Numbered from the stretch's first letter, positions 21,266 through 32,686 are shown. The stretch: 64,000 nucleotides of DNA from an uncultured Thermoleophilia bacterium (GCA_963715985.1 CAVQSP010000014.1:704001-768000); one strand, 5' to 3'. Numbers and translations are program-made. Notes: generated by a model not told the origin, from the sequence alone.

Positions 21266-22144
21266 ATGGCTGCGTCGCCCATCACCCACGTGCTCTGCTT
21301 CGGCGACAGCACGTCCGACAACGGCGCCGGGTTCCACCTGACGTCGGCGCTCCTCGGCCGACCGGATGCGCCGGCGGAGGCCTTCGTCCTCGCTGCCCCA
21401 CCGGCCTATCCGGCCGGCCGCTTCACCAATGGCCTGACGGCCGTCGAGGTGCTCGCCGAGGAGCTGGGCGCCGCCCTGAGCGACTACGCCGTGGGCGGCG
21501 CCCTGAGTGCCTACGGCAACTACTACAGCTGGATCGACCGCTTCGCGCGGACCGGCCTCCTGGAGCAGGTCGACGCGTTCGTCGCCGGCCTCGGCCAGAG
21601 CGGCGCCGATCCGCTGGCGCTGTATGTCGTCCAGCTGGCCGGGAACGACTACGCCGTCTGGGCGGACCTCGTCATCAAGGCGCCCGCCGCGGTGGACGAG
21701 GTGGCCCGGCGGGTCGTCGCCGACGAGTGCGAGGCGGTGCGCCGGCTGACCTTCGCGGGAGCCCGGCGGTTCCTGGTGATGGGCAGCAAGAACGTCTCCA
21801 TCTGCCCCTCTGAGGTGACGGCCGGCCGGACCGGACCGGCGGGCGGCTTCACCTACGCCATGAGCACGCTGCTGCCCGCAGCCGTGAGCGAGCTCGCACG
21901 CCGGCTCGGCGTCAAGATCGAGTACTTCGACTTGGTGGCTGCCTGGCGTCGGATACGCGTGACCGCCAGCGCCTACGGGCTCACGGAGATCGACCGCCCC
22001 TTCATCCGGACCGACCCTGAGTTCGTGCCCGGCGCGGGCGACCCGGACCAGTACTTCTTCTGGGACGAGTCGCACGTGACCAGTGCGGTCCACCGCATCC
22101 TCGGAGAGCGGATGGCGGCCGCCCTGCCGAAGAGCTGGACATAG
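21266..22144 (+). CDS. SGNH/GDSL hydrolase
   Basis: FGDSTSDNG, GRFTNG, YAVGGA, GND, FWDESH. Confidence 0.88.
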   Translation: MAASPITHVLCFGDSTSDNGAGFHLTSALLGRPDAPAEAFVLAAPPAYPAGRFTNGLTAVEVLAEELGAALSDYAVGGALSAYGNYYSWIDRFARTGLLEQVDAFVAGLGQSGADPLALYVVQLAGNDYAVWADLVIKAPAAVDEVARRVVADECEAVRRLTFAGARRFLVMGSKNVSICPSEVTAGRTGPAGGFTYAMSTLLPAAVSELARRLGVKIEYFDLVAAWRRIRVTASAYGLTEIDRPFIRTDPEFVPGAGDPDQYFFWDESHVTSAVHRILGERMAAALPKSWT

Positions 22145-22224
22145 GCAGCCTCGCGGCCGATCTCCGGCCTTGCCGCAGCCGACGCAGCGTGCCGCCGAGC
22201 CTGTGGTAATATGCCCGATACGGT

Positions 22225-22302
22225 CGGCGTGTGGCGCAGCCTGGTTAGCGCACTAGTCTGGGGGACTAGGGGTCGCCAGTTCAAATCTGGCCACGCCGAC
22301 CA
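22225..22302 (+). tRNA. tRNA-Pro(GGG)
   Basis: Acceptor stem CGGCGTG/CACGCCG, anticodon stem CTAGT/ACTAG with GGG, TTCAAAT T-loop, encoded CCA; extended -10 TGTGGTAAT upstream. Confidence 0.96.
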
Positions 22303-22452
22303 TCTTCTTTCTCCTGCGAGAGCCGCAGTCCACGAGGCGCGCCGACGGGCCGCCGGTGGCTGCCGGAGACCTCGTCAGTCTCCCACTCGTATTCCACTTC
22401 CTCGGATCTCGCCATCGCGGGCCCGGCGGATCGCGCCGGCGACCTCTCTCGG

Positions 22453-23988
22453 CTACTTCACCGTCAGCTTGGCCTTGGCCACGTTGGCCTGCGGGTTGCC
22501 GGCCAGGTCGGTGGCGTAGACGTTCCAGGTGTAGGTGCCCTTCTTGAGGTTGCAGGTGAAGCGCGCCGTGTGGTCCCCGTTCACCTTGACGTCGTCGAGG
22601 GTCAGCTTCTTGGCCTGTGAGCCGTCGCTCTTCATGACCTTGATGACGACGTCGGCCCTGGGGCTGAGGCCCGAGGGCTCCTCGACGCGGTAGGTGAGCT
22701 TGGCCGTCGCGCCCTTCTTCACGCTCACGCTCCCGAGCGTCTTCGTCTTCGGCTTCGTGGTGTCGATGTTGACCGTGGCGCTGGCCGTGCCGGCCCGGTT
22801 GCACCAGTCCAGCGCCTGGACGCTGACGCTGATCGCGCCCTGCGCGGCGGTCGGCACCGTGTAGGCGCTGCCGGCGGTCCAGGCGCTCACCGCGGGCGGC
22901 GCCATGTACTGCAGCTTCTGCACCCCGGACTGGCTGTCCGCGGCGGTGAAGGTGAGGGCCACGGGGGCGTTGTGCCAGGCGCTGTCGGCGCCGCTGATCG
23001 TCACCGTGGGGTCGCTGGTCTCGGCCGCCACGGTGAGCGGCAGGCCGCCGACGCTGGGCGCCCCGGGCGGGAAGGGCGGGTTCTTGACGCTCACCGTGAG
23101 CGTGCCGGCGCTGGCCATGTCGGCGGCCACGAGCGGCACCGTGAGCTGCGTCGCGCTGACGAACGTGGTGGCGGTCTTCTCGCTGCCGTTCAGCGCTATG
23201 CGGGCGCCGTTTGCGAAGTTGCCGCCCGTGACGGTGAGCACGACGTCGTCCTTGACGTAGCCGGCCCAGACCGAGGTCGGGCTCAGCGCGGTGAGGAGGG
23301 GCAGCGGGCCGCTGATGGTGAAGATGGCAGCGTTGCTCAGCGTGCCGTCGCTCACGTTTCTGACCGTCACTGCCGCGGTCCCCGGCGTGGTCAGCATGGC
23401 GGCGGGAACCACGGCGGTCAGCCACTTCCCCCAGTTGTAGGTGGTGACGAGCGTCGCGCCGTTCCAGCGCACGCTCGAACCCGCGTAGAAGCGGGTGGAG
23501 TTGACGAAGTGGTCGCCGTTCACCTGCAGCGTCAGATCGCCGCTCCCGGCCACCACGCTGGTCGGACTGAGGCTGCTGATGAGCGGGGCTGGGGCCGACA
23601 CCGTGAAGGCGCCCGACAGGGGGGTCGCCAGGTACGACGCCGGCGCCGGAATGCCGACAGACTGCACGGCGCGCAGGTCGTACGCGCCGGGGGCCGCACC
23701 GGTCGGCAGCACGAACGTGGCCCTCGCCCACGTTCCCGCGAGCGTGTCCCAGGCGGTCGTCGAGCCGTTGAGGGTCGTCGCTCCCTTCTGGAACAGGGAG
23801 AACAGCGGCACATCGGCACCTGCCCCCGTGACGAAGCTGCCGAAGATCGTGCACTCCACCGAGGTCCCCGCAGAGCCAGCTCTCGGGGTGATGCTGGTGA
23901 GGCTGATGGTGAGGGCCGTAGCAGTGGGCACAGCAAGCAGCATCACCCCCGCCAGCACCACCAGGAAGAGTGTTATCCGCTTGCCCAT
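22453..23988 (-). CDS. Secreted IPT/TIG-domain protein with Lys-rich C-terminal Ig-like domain
   Basis: Signal peptide MGKRITLFLVVLAG; repeated P.ISSLSPTS/TFVSATQLT IPT signatures; ATDLAGN near the C-terminus. Confidence 0.75.
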   Translation of the reverse strand: MGKRITLFLVVLAGVMLLAVPTATALTISLTSITPRAGSAGTSVECTIFGSFVTGAGADVPLFSLFQKGATTLNGSTTAWDTLAGTWARATFVLPTGAAPGAYDLRAVQSVGIPAPASYLATPLSGAFTVSAPAPLISSLSPTSVVAGSGDLTLQVNGDHFVNSTRFYAGSSVRWNGATLVTTYNWGKWLTAVVPAAMLTTPGTAAVTVRNVSDGTLSNAAIFTISGPLPLLTALSPTSVWAGYVKDDVVLTVTGGNFANGARIALNGSEKTATTFVSATQLTVPLVAADMASAGTLTVSVKNPPFPPGAPSVGGLPLTVAAETSDPTVTISGADSAWHNAPVALTFTAADSQSGVQKLQYMAPPAVSAWTAGSAYTVPTAAQGAISVSVQALDWCNRAGTASATVNIDTTKPKTKTLGSVSVKKGATAKLTYRVEEPSGLSPRADVVIKVMKSDGSQAKKLTLDDVKVNGDHTARFTCNLKKGTYTWNVYATDLAGNPQANVAKAKLTVK

Positions 23989-24495
23989 GCTCCCACCTCC
24001 GCAGCGAGACTCCGTCGGGCCTGCGCCGGAGCTCGACGTGCACGACGCCCATGCCGGCCCCGGAACGACCCTGCCTGGGTTGTACTCCAAGAGAGGCATC
24101 GGCAAAAGCGTTGACGGTGAGATCGGGGGTCACGAGCGACGCCACAGGCTTCACGTCGGAGCGGTAGACGCCGCCGGCCACACGGAGCAGCCCCGGCGGG
24201 TGCAGTCACCGCCGGGGCCGAAGACAAGGGAGGGGCGAGCCTCCCTATTCGTGCTATCGAATGAACGCAGTCAGAAGATGAGTGGATCATCCGTCTACCC
24301 TCGCCTTTCGTTTCGCGGCACGCACGCCGGGCGCACCCCCAGGAAGCGCCCCTTCGGCCCCGGCGCAGGGCAGCAGTTGGAAGCCGGGCGCCACTGGCCC
24401 TCCACCGGCCCCCGCATCCTCAACGGCGACCGCACGGAACCTCGGCGTGCAGGGGTATGTTCTCGGTGGAGACCATCTACCGGAGGGCTGTGAGG

Positions 24496-24921
24496 ATGAA
24501 AGGGCGTCTCGCAGTGGCTGCGCTTGTTCTCGGTCTTGCGGTCGCCGTGCCCGTGATCGGCGCCTTGTCGGCACCGCAGGCGCGTGCTGCCACATGGCAC
24601 ACCGTGAAGGCTGGCGCAGACCGGCAGAATCGAAAGTACAGCGTCACGCTCAACCCGTCCCGCCCGACGCGACTGAAGTACATGACGGGCCGCGTGTTGG
24701 ACATCGACGACGGGGAGTTCAAGTACGACTGGGTCCGGTTCCGCCTGATCCGCAAGGACACGTCGGAGGTCGTCAAGCAGGTTGGCCCGCTGTACTCGCC
24801 AACCGGGTATCAGGACTGGCACACGGCCGGCATCACGCTGCCGTCGGGAGTCCGCACATACACCCTCAGGGTCACGTGCGACGACGCCCTCTGGGGCTTC
24901 AGGCTCCAGCAGCGGTACTAG
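24496..24921 (+). CDS. Secreted hypothetical protein
   Basis: Signal peptide MKGRLAVAALVLG...ARA; RBS GGAGG; beta-rich mature part. Confidence 0.65.
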   Translation: MKGRLAVAALVLGLAVAVPVIGALSAPQARAATWHTVKAGADRQNRKYSVTLNPSRPTRLKYMTGRVLDIDDGEFKYDWVRFRLIRKDTSEVVKQVGPLYSPTGYQDWHTAGITLPSGVRTYTLRVTCDDALWGFRLQQRY

Positions 24922-25116
24922 TCTGCGGCGCGTATGGCCTGGGCAGCGAAGGTGGCCGGCCGCACCGTCGCCGTCTGCCCACACGGCGAATGAGGCTTGG
25001 AGCAGCCGTGCGACCGGGTACGAAGAGAGAACGGGCGGACTCCCGAGAAGCAGTGTGGTGCGGGGGCAGCGGGCCGAGCGTCTCCGTGATTCTCTTGTTC
25101 TCCGTGGGGGGCGATC

Positions 25117-25611
25117 GTGAAGGACGTCGGTTCGCCGGTTCAGCAGCACGGCAGCGGGCCTGAGCAGTCCCACCTCGAGGGCGACGCGGCAGTCGTCCGG
25201 CCACGGCCGGAGCTGAGGGACGGGGCTACCGAGCTCCTGGCGATCGTCGCGTACATCAGCGCAGGCGACGGGCCGGTGCGGGCCTCTCGCGGTTCAGCCG
25301 ACCGCCTCTCACCCTGGCACCAGCGCCTGCTTCAGAAAGCGATGGAGAGGCTGGACGTCATCGACGCGGACCTCAGGGGCCGCGTCGCTTTCTTGGTTGC
25401 CGGCAAGGACCACGGCTACTATGCGTCGGAGTCGGAGCTGGAGCTGGCGGGAACAGCGCTCGATGCCTGTCGTGCAACGTCGACGGTCGTCGATGCGTTG
25501 CTGGCGGGACGTTTGCCGACTGTGCGGGAGTTCGAGGCGGTGAGCGACACGGCGCTGAGGATCTACCCGGCGCTTGAGGCGATGGATGCGCGCGCGGCGC
25601 GTCCGTGGTAG
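25117..25611 (+). CDS. Hypothetical protein
   Basis: 164-aa ORF with protein-like composition, no recognisable motif. Confidence 0.4.
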   Translation: MKDVGSPVQQHGSGPEQSHLEGDAAVVRPRPELRDGATELLAIVAYISAGDGPVRASRGSADRLSPWHQRLLQKAMERLDVIDADLRGRVAFLVAGKDHGYYASESELELAGTALDACRATSTVVDALLAGRLPTVREFEAVSDTALRIYPALEAMDARAARPW

Positions 25612-26742
25612 ACACGCGACAGCGCGACGGCCCGGTCACCGTCTCTGCACCCAGCTTCATCGGCGCAGTTCGCCGGGAGCACGAAGCCGGCCTGCGGGAG
25701 GTGCCTTCGCGGGGGAGGCAGGGACCACGGCCGTGCCGGCGGATAGCGGGAAGGTTCGCAGAGCCAACCTGCACCGGGCCGCCCGACCACACCTTCTGCG
25801 GTCTCTTGCCGAGGTGCGCGAGAGCGGCCGTCCGGCGTTCTTCTTCGACTACGACGAATCATTGGTCTACTGGGACGACGAGTTGTCCGACATTCGCGAC
25901 TTGGGTGACGCGCTGCAGACCGGGGCCAATCCGACCCCACTTCCCCCTGCCGTCCTTGAGAACGCCGTCGGCATCGAGTACGGCTGGCAGCGCACACGCC
26001 TGCGATTGTCGCCTCTGTCGCCATCTGTTGTGACGCTGCGACGGGAGTATGCCTGTGGCCCATCTGTGGCCGTCTGCGGCCCAGCGTCGCCGACACGCCA
26101 TCCCCGGGCCACAGAGGCGCCGTCACAGGCCGTCACGGAAGGGAGCATTCCTGCACAGGACGGCAGCGCCTCGCTTCGTCCGGTGAACCATAGGCCGACG
26201 GTTCGAGATCGGCCAAACCGGCCTGTCCTTCGCCCGCGCAGGGGCGCTCGGGCGACGCACCGATAGCGGCCGGCCTCACTGTGCCCGCAGCCCCGCGCAG
26301 CGGACGCGCTGCAGCGCTGCTCTGGCCCCCATGCAGCTCATGATGCAGCTGATGCGCAGCAGCACGACGGAGACGCACGAACTGACGCCGGCACGACGCC
26401 GCATCAAGACAGGGCCGGGCGCATTGCCGGGTCCCCCGTCCTGCCTTCAGGTGCTCCAGATGGCGGGCGGCCGCCGCGGTCACCTTGCCGGCGGGAGCGG
26501 CCTGCGACGGCCGCGCCGGCCTTCCCGGCTCCTCAGAGCTTGACCCAGATGGAGCGCCAGCTGGAGGCTTTGCGCGGATGCAACTCGTCGGCGTGGTGCA
26601 CCGCGCGGACCCTCCAGTGCAGCTTGCCTGACCCCCACCCGTAGAAGCTGAAGCCCACACGGAAGGCCGTGGCGCCGCCGCGGTCCCCGTTCTCCACGCG
26701 CGCACTGCTCACGCCGCGCCAGCGTCGGCTACTGTACTTCTG

Positions 26743-27155
26743 TCACTCCACCGTCACCGACTCGTCGCCGGGCAGGTGGCGCTGACTCAGCGTGCCCACG
26801 CCGTGTAGTCCTCGTCCACGCGGCAGGTGGAGGGCACGTTGGGCGGCGTGACGCGCAGGCTGGCGGTCGCAGCCTGGATGTCCACCTTGAGCGTGCATAA
26901 TGGATCGTCCACCACGCGGTCGTTCGACCACACCTTGATGTAGTACGTGCCGCCGGACGACGGCGTCACCTACAGCAGCGCTTGCGAGTCGAAGGGCTCC
27001 AGGGAGGTGGCCACGGCGCGGCCGGGCGCCCTCGACGCCCGTCTGTCGGGCGCGCCCGCGGCTGTGGCGGCGCCCGCCGCCGGGACCGCCGCCAGCACCA
27101 GCACGAGCGCGACGAGAACGACCAGCACCACGATGATCGACCGACACCTGTGCAT
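26743..27155 (-). pseudogene. Remnant of a secreted protein (signal peptide + PPC-like fragment)
   Basis: Hydrophobic signal MHRCRSIIVVLVVLVALVL, an in-frame TAG, then GGTYYIKVWS and a further stop. Confidence 0.45.
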
Positions 27156-27339
27156 GTCCCCCACCCCTGCCGCCAGCGCACGCGATCGCACGCGTTCGCC
27201 TCCAACATGGACCCGGAGCCGGGTCGTGTTCCCGTTTGAGGACTCTGCCGCCGACCCGCAGCGCTCCGTACGCGCGACGACCGGCCTCAGAGGCCGGTCG
27301 TCGCGCTCCCCACCTACAGGCCGCGGGAGGCTACAGTGA

Positions 27340-27747
27340 TCAGAGGCCGACCAAGCTCGCCGAGCGCTCGGACCCCCCGTTCTGAGGCTGCTTGAGCGTC
27401 TCGCCGATGTCGTCGGGCACAGGCTGGTCGCGGAGCAGGATGCCGTAGAGCTTGTCGGTGAGGGCCGGCGACCCGTCGAGCACGCCGGCCACCTGACGCA
27501 GCCGGTACTCCACGAAGAAGTCGGGCGCCACCCCCAGCGACTGGGCGATGATGCCCATCACCGGGTCCGCCGGCACCGGGCGCGTCCCCTTGGTCAGATG
27601 GTTGAGGTACCCCGCCGACAGCTTGGTCTTGTACGCAAGCTGCCGGTAGCTGAGGTGACGCTCCTCCATGAGCCCTTTGAGAGCCGCCGGGAACCGCTCC
27701 TGCGAGAACCTGTTTCTGGCTATGGGTGTGGTGTACACGGCCGTCAT
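27340..27747 (-). CDS. XRE-family helix-turn-helix regulator
   Basis: LSYRQLAYKTKLSAGYLNHLTKGTRPVP. Confidence 0.85.
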   Translation of the reverse strand: MTAVYTTPIARNRFSQERFPAALKGLMEERHLSYRQLAYKTKLSAGYLNHLTKGTRPVPADPVMGIIAQSLGVAPDFFVEYRLRQVAGVLDGSPALTDKLYGILLRDQPVPDDIGETLKQPQNGGSERSASLVGL

Positions 27748-27757
27748 GTCCCTACTG

Positions 27758-27784
27758 GTATCGCCGATACGGCGCGATACTTGA
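27758..27784 (-). promoter_or_regulatory. sigma-28/WhiG-like promoter TCAAG-N14-GGCGATAC
   Basis: Close to TCAAG/TAAAG-N14-GCCGATAA; immediately upstream of the XRE gene. Confidence 0.45.
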
Positions 27785-27874
27785 GGGGCAACCGCACCCG
27801 TGTTGTCCGGGAAGACAACGGGTATGACGCGGGGACGGGAGCCGCGCGCGCTCACACGAGCGCGGACCCGACGC

Positions 27875-29641
27875 TCAGGCGCGCCCGAGCAGCGCGCGCA
27901 GCGCGGGGGCGAGCTCGGCGACGGGTACGTCGCTCCGCTCGCCCGTGGCGCGGTCCTTGAGCTCCACCACGCCGTCCGGGGCCCGCTTGCCCACCACGAC
28001 CTGCGCCGGGCAGCCGAGCAGGTCGGCGTCCTTGAACTTGATGCCCGGGCTCATGTCGCGGTCGTCGAAGAGCACGTCCAGACCGGCCGCGGGCAGCTCC
28101 GCGTACAGACGCTCCGCCAGCGCGGCCTGCACCTCGTCCGAGGCGCGCACCAGCACGAGGTGCACGTCGAACGGGGCGATGGTGGCCGGCCAGATGATGC
28201 CGTTGCCGTCGTGGTGCTGCTCGATGGCGGCGGCGGCGATGCGGGCGAGGCCGATGCCGTAGCTGCCCATGACGATGGGCCGCTCCTTGCCCTCCTCGTC
28301 GAGGAAGCTGGCGCCCATGGTCTCGGAGTACTTGGTGCCGAGCTGGAAGATGTTGCCGACCTCGATGACGCGAGCTCCCTCGAGGTCGCCGGCGCACTGC
28401 GGGCAGGGATCGCCGGCGCGCGCCTTGCGCAGGTCGAAGTACGAGGCCTGCGGGACGAGCTCCATGCTCACGCCGGTGCGGTGATGGTCCTTCTTGTTGG
28501 CGCCGGCGACGTAGTGGCCCCGGCGCAGGACCTCGTCCGCGTACACCGGCAGCGGCGTGGGCTCGGGGCCCACGTAGCCGGCCTCCACGCCCTGCGCCTC
28601 CAGGACCTCTTCCGCCGTGGCGAGGCGGAAGTCGGCGCCCAGGGCCTTGCGCAGCTTGAGGTCGCCGAGCCCGTGGTCGCCGCGCAGCAGCACGAGCGCC
28701 TGCGTGCCGGCCTCGTCGCCGCTCTCGATGGTGACGACGAGCGACTTGAGGAAGGCGCGCGCCGGCAGTCCGAGGAAGGCGCAGACGTCGTCGATGGTCC
28801 TGGCGCCGGGCGTGTACTTGACCTCGTCAACGAGGAGGTTGACGGGGCTTGCGGCGGAACCGGCAGCGGCCGATCCCGCAGCGCCTTCCGGCGCCGTCTC
28901 GCTCAGCGGCGGCTCGCGGTCGGCGCCGGCCACCGCGGTCTCCACGTTGGAGGCGTAGCCGCACTCGCGGCAGAAGACGATCTCGTCCTCGCCGGCGTCG
29001 GCGTAGGCCATGTACTCGTGGCTCACGGAGCCGCCCATCATGCCGGAGTCGCCCTCCACCATCATGGTGTCCAAGCCGCAGCGCTCGTAGATGCGGTCGT
29101 AGGCGGCGATGTGCCTGCGGTAGCTCGCCTGCAGGGCGTCGTAGCTCACGTCGAGGCTGTACGAGTCCTTCATGATGAACTCGCGCGTGCGCAGCACGCC
29201 GCTCTTGGGGCGCGCCTCGTCCCGCTCCTTGGTCTGGATGTGGTACCAGAGCTGGGGCAGCTGCTTGTAGCTGTGCACCTCGCGCGCGGCGAGCCAGGTG
29301 ATGACCTCTTCGTGGGTCATGGCCAGCGCCATGTCCGCGCCCTTGCGGTCCTTGAAGCGGAAGAGCTCGCCGCCGATGGTGTCCCAGCGCCCGGACTCCT
29401 GCCAGATCTCCGCCGGGTTGATGACCGGCATGAGCATCTCCTGGCCACCGATGGCGTCCATCTCCTGGCGGATGATGGCGGCGATCTTCTGCATCACTCG
29501 CCAGCCGGCGGGCAGGTACACGTACACGCCCGCCGCGAGCTGGCGCACGAGGCCGGCGCGGACCATCAGCTTGTGGCTGACGGCCTCCGCGCCCGCCGGG
29601 TCTTCTTTGACGGTGGGCAGCAGCAGCTGACTGGCGCGCAT
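27875..29641 (-). CDS. proS: Proline--tRNA ligase
   Basis: [46 protein letters not shown]; INS editing domain. Confidence 0.97.
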   Translation of the reverse strand: MRASQLLLPTVKEDPAGAEAVSHKLMVRAGLVRQLAAGVYVYLPAGWRVMQKIAAIIRQEMDAIGGQEMLMPVINPAEIWQESGRWDTIGGELFRFKDRKGADMALAMTHEEVITWLAAREVHSYKQLPQLWYHIQTKERDEARPKSGVLRTREFIMKDSYSLDVSYDALQASYRRHIAAYDRIYERCGLDTMMVEGDSGMMGGSVSHEYMAYADAGEDEIVFCRECGYASNVETAVAGADREPPLSETAPEGAAGSAAAGSAASPVNLLVDEVKYTPGARTIDDVCAFLGLPARAFLKSLVVTIESGDEAGTQALVLLRGDHGLGDLKLRKALGADFRLATAEEVLEAQGVEAGYVGPEPTPLPVYADEVLRRGHYVAGANKKDHHRTGVSMELVPQASYFDLRKARAGDPCPQCAGDLEGARVIEVGNIFQLGTKYSETMGASFLDEEGKERPIVMGSYGIGLARIAAAAIEQHHDGNGIIWPATIAPFDVHLVLVRASDEVQAALAERLYAELPAAGLDVLFDDRDMSPGIKFKDADLLGCPAQVVVGKRAPDGVVELKDRATGERSDVPVAELAPALRALLGRA

Positions 29642-29904
29642 GGGACCTCGCGATGGTGGCTGGTAGACGAGGTCCTATGCTACCAAGGCAGGCTTCGGCG
29701 CGCAGCGACACGAGCCGGACGGGCGGATCAGGCTCCGGGGCACCTCGGCCTGAGACTGGAGAAGCGTTCGAAGCTCCGGTCTCCGCTCAGCAGCACCGAT
29801 CCCGTCTCGACAGTCATACCCGCAGCAGGAGACCGAGGCATCGCAGCACCACTGCATCACGGGGTGGACGTTCCGCACCGGAGAGACATGGTCCGAATCG
29901 CGCC

Positions 29905-30006
29905 TTCAAGCAAGAGCACCGTTGGTTGTACTTCCACTTGAAACGCGCGAATCGACAGTGCCTGCGGCGCGACGCCAACTCGAGAATCGACAGTGCCTGC
30001 GGCGCG
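29905..30006. repeat. Dispersed repeat copy 2 plus local 23-bp direct repeat
   Basis: 29905-29961 is homologous to 17795-17851; GAATCGACAGTGCCTGCGGCGCG occurs at 29949 and 29984. Confidence 0.65.
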
Positions 30007-30089
30007 GCCCTGCCTGAGTGAGGTCGCGGATGGGGCGGTGTCGCGGTGTGAGGGCGCGCGGGCGAAGCCGCTCGCGCCCTCCCGCCTCC

Positions 30090-31307
30090 CTACTCGCGGT
30101 GTTCGTTGACGGTGAAGCCCTCGGCGGCGAGGTAGTCGTCGCGGCGCGCGTGGACGAGGTCCTGGGCCACCATGTCGCGGACCAGGTCCGCGAACGGGAT
30201 GGTGGCCGACCAGCCGAGACGCTCGCGCGCCTTGCTCGGGTCGCCGAGCAGTGTCTGCACTTCTGTGGGACGGTAGTAGCGCGGGTCGACGGCCACGATC
30301 GCCGCGCCCGGCCGCAAGGCATCCTCGCCGGCAGCCGGCCGCAGCCAGCCGGCGCCGGGGGCAGACCGGTCGCCCTGGCGGCGATCGCCGGTCGTTGGGT
30401 CGTAGCCCAGGCGAGCCTCGGACAGACGGGCGTCGTCGACCTCATCCACGACGCCCGTCTCCTCCGCCCCACTCCCCTCCCAGCGCAGGGTCACGCCGAT
30501 CTCGGCGAACGCCAGTTCCACGAACTCGCGCACGCTGTGCTGCTCGCCGGTGGCGATGACGTAGTCGCCGGGCTCGTCCTGCTGGAGCATGAGGTGCATG
30601 GCGCGCACGTAGTCCCTGGCGTGGCCCCAGTCGCGCAAGGAGCTCAAGTTGCCGAGCCAGAGACGCGACTCCAGACCCAGGGCGATGCGTGCCACCGCGC
30701 GCGTGATCTTGCGCGTGACGAAGGTCTCACCGCGGATGGGGCTCTCGTGGTTGAAGAGGATGCCGTTGCTGGCGTGGAGGCCGTAGGCCTCGCGGTAGTT
30801 CACGGTGATCCAGTAGCCGTACAGCTTGGCGGCGCCGTACGGACTGCGCGGGTAGAACGGCGTGGTCTCGCGCTGGGGGACCTCTTGCACGAGGCCGAAC
30901 ATCTCGCTGGTGGAGGCCTGGTAGAAGCGCACGCTGTCGCCGAGCCCGAGGATGCGGATGGCCTCGAGCAGGCGCAGAGTGCCGAGCGCGTCGCTGTTGG
31001 CCGTGTACTCGGGCGTCTCGAAGCTCACCTGCACGTGGCTCTGGGCGGCGAGGTTGTAGAGCTCGTCGGGCTGAGTCTCCTGGACGATGCGGATGAGGTT
31101 GGTGGCGTCCGTGAGGTCGCCGTAGTGCATGAAGAAGCGACCGCCCGGCAGGTGCGGGTCCTTGTAGAGGTGGTCCACCCGCTCGGTGTTGAAGGAGCTG
31201 GCGCGACGCTTGATGCCGTGCACCAGATAGCCCTGCGCCAGCAGGTGCTCGGCGAGGTACGCGCCGTCCTGGCCGGTGACGCCTGTGATCAGCGCGGTCT
31301 TCGTCAT
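30090..31307 (-). CDS. gmd: GDP-mannose 4,6-dehydratase
   Basis: [44 protein letters not shown]. Confidence 0.97.
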   Translation of the reverse strand: MTKTALITGVTGQDGAYLAEHLLAQGYLVHGIKRRASSFNTERVDHLYKDPHLPGGRFFMHYGDLTDATNLIRIVQETQPDELYNLAAQSHVQVSFETPEYTANSDALGTLRLLEAIRILGLGDSVRFYQASTSEMFGLVQEVPQRETTPFYPRSPYGAAKLYGYWITVNYREAYGLHASNGILFNHESPIRGETFVTRKITRAVARIALGLESRLWLGNLSSLRDWGHARDYVRAMHLMLQQDEPGDYVIATGEQHSVREFVELAFAEIGVTLRWEGSGAEETGVVDEVDDARLSEARLGYDPTTGDRRQGDRSAPGAGWLRPAAGEDALRPGAAIVAVDPRYYRPTEVQTLLGDPSKARERLGWSATIPFADLVRDMVAQDLVHARRDDYLAAEGFTVNEHRE

Positions 31308-32320
31308 CGCCCCTCCCGGTTCTCCAGGAACCACTCGTACGCCAGACGGATGCCCTCCTCAAGCCCGACCTTCGGTGCCCAGCCCAGAGCACGCAGGCGG
31401 CTCACGTCCATGAGCTTGCGCGGCGTGCCGTCCGGCCTGGTGTGGTCCCACTCGACGGGGCCGTCGTAGCCAACCACGCGTTGCACGATGCCGGCCACCT
31501 CGCGGATGGTGAGATCCTCGCCGCAGCCCACGTTGAGCAGCCCGTCGGGCACGTCGGCGGCGCGGACGTTCTGCAGGCAGAACACGATCGCCCGGCCGAC
31601 GTCGTCCACGTACAGGAACTCGCGTTTGGGGCTGCCGGTGCCCCAGAGACGCACCGGCCGGGCCGGCTCGCGCCCGCCGGCCCCCTCTGGTGCGTGACGG
31701 CCGGCCTCTCCCCCGCTCCGCTGCGCCGCGACCTTGCCCTCGTGGAACTTGCGGATGAGGGCCGGAAGCACGTGGCTGGTCTGGAGGTCGTAGTTGTCGC
31801 CCGGCCCGTACAGGTTGGTGGGCATCAGCGAGAGGTAGTCGGTGCCGTACTCGCGGTTGAGGCTGCGGCACAACTCGATGCCGGCGATCTTGGCGATGGC
31901 GTAGGGCCGGTTTGTCTCTTCCAGCGGCCCGGTGAGCAGGTACTCCTCGCGCAGCGGCTGGGGCGCCTCGCGCGGGTAGATGCACGAGCTGCCCAGGAAG
32001 ATGAGCTTGCGCACGCCGGCGGCGAACGCCTCGCCGATGACGTTGGTCTCGATCTGCAGGTTCTGGAAGACGAACTCCCAAGGCTGCTCCCAGTTGGCCA
32101 GGATGCCGCCCACCTTGGCGGCGGCGACGATGACCACCTCGGGCTTCTCCACCGAGAAGAAGTGGCGCGTGGCGCGCTGGTCGGTGAGGTCGAGCTCGTC
32201 GAGGTCGCGGACGACGAGGTTCTCGTAGCCGGCCTCGTGCAAGGCGCGGAGGATCGCGCCGCCGACGAGGCCGGTGTGGCCGGCGAGGTAGATGCGCGTG
32301 AGATGGGAGAGTGCGTCCAC
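31304..32320 (-). CDS. fcl: GDP-L-fucose synthase
   Basis: [47 protein letters not shown]. Confidence 0.95.
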   Translation of the reverse strand: MDALSHLTRIYLAGHTGLVGGAILRALHEAGYENLVVRDLDELDLTDQRATRHFFSVEKPEVVIVAAAKVGGILANWEQPWEFVFQNLQIETNVIGEAFAAGVRKLIFLGSSCIYPREAPQPLREEYLLTGPLEETNRPYAIAKIAGIELCRSLNREYGTDYLSLMPTNLYGPGDNYDLQTSHVLPALIRKFHEGKVAAQRSGGEAGRHAPEGAGGREPARPVRLWGTGSPKREFLYVDDVGRAIVFCLQNVRAADVPDGLLNVGCGEDLTIREVAGIVQRVVGYDGPVEWDHTRPDGTPRKLMDVSRLRALGWAPKVGLEEGIRLAYEWFLENREGR

Positions 32321-32594
32321 GGCTCAAGTCTACCAGCCGACGCGGAGCCTGCTGGTCAGCGGCGGTTCCACCGCGGACGCGGCGCCGGCCACATACGGGT
32401 CGCGTTCGCACGCAGGAGCGGCGCCTCATGGGGCGCGGGCGCCCGTCCTCAGGGCAGGCTGCGGTGTCAGGCAAAGGTCAGCCCCCGAGCCCCGCGGCCG
32501 GAAGCGACATGAGAGGCCGCCCCCGACCGCGGCAGACTCATCACAACCACCGAACCACTTTCGCCGATTTCGACCGGGAGCAACGCGATGAAGG

Positions 32595-32621
32595 TAAGGT
32601 ACTGGCGCGACTGACCGATAT
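32595..32621 (+). promoter_or_regulatory. sigma-28/WhiG-like promoter TAAGG-N14-ACCGATAT
   Basis: Motif match about 65 nt upstream of the lipoprotein start. Confidence 0.4.
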
Positions 32622-32686
32622 CGCTTGACGGCTGGCGTGTTCGTTGGCGGAGTAGACTGCCCTATCAGCAGCGAAAGGAGCCAGTT

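Noticed and set aside
24436-24461. ECF (SigH/SigR-like) promoter GGAAC-N18-GTT
   Set aside because: Short motif seen once; could easily occur by chance.
25612-26742. Coding genes in this interval
   Set aside because: Only a short protein-like stretch (FFFDYDESLVYWDDEL) with no reliable start; insufficient support.
26960-26980. In-frame TAG as pyrrolysine or read-through recoding
   Set aside because: No pyl genes; further stops and missing sequence indicate a decayed gene.
22303-27340. tRNA-Pro-anchored genomic island or prophage
   Set aside because: No integrase or phage genes, and no duplicated tRNA 3' end (att) was found by eye.
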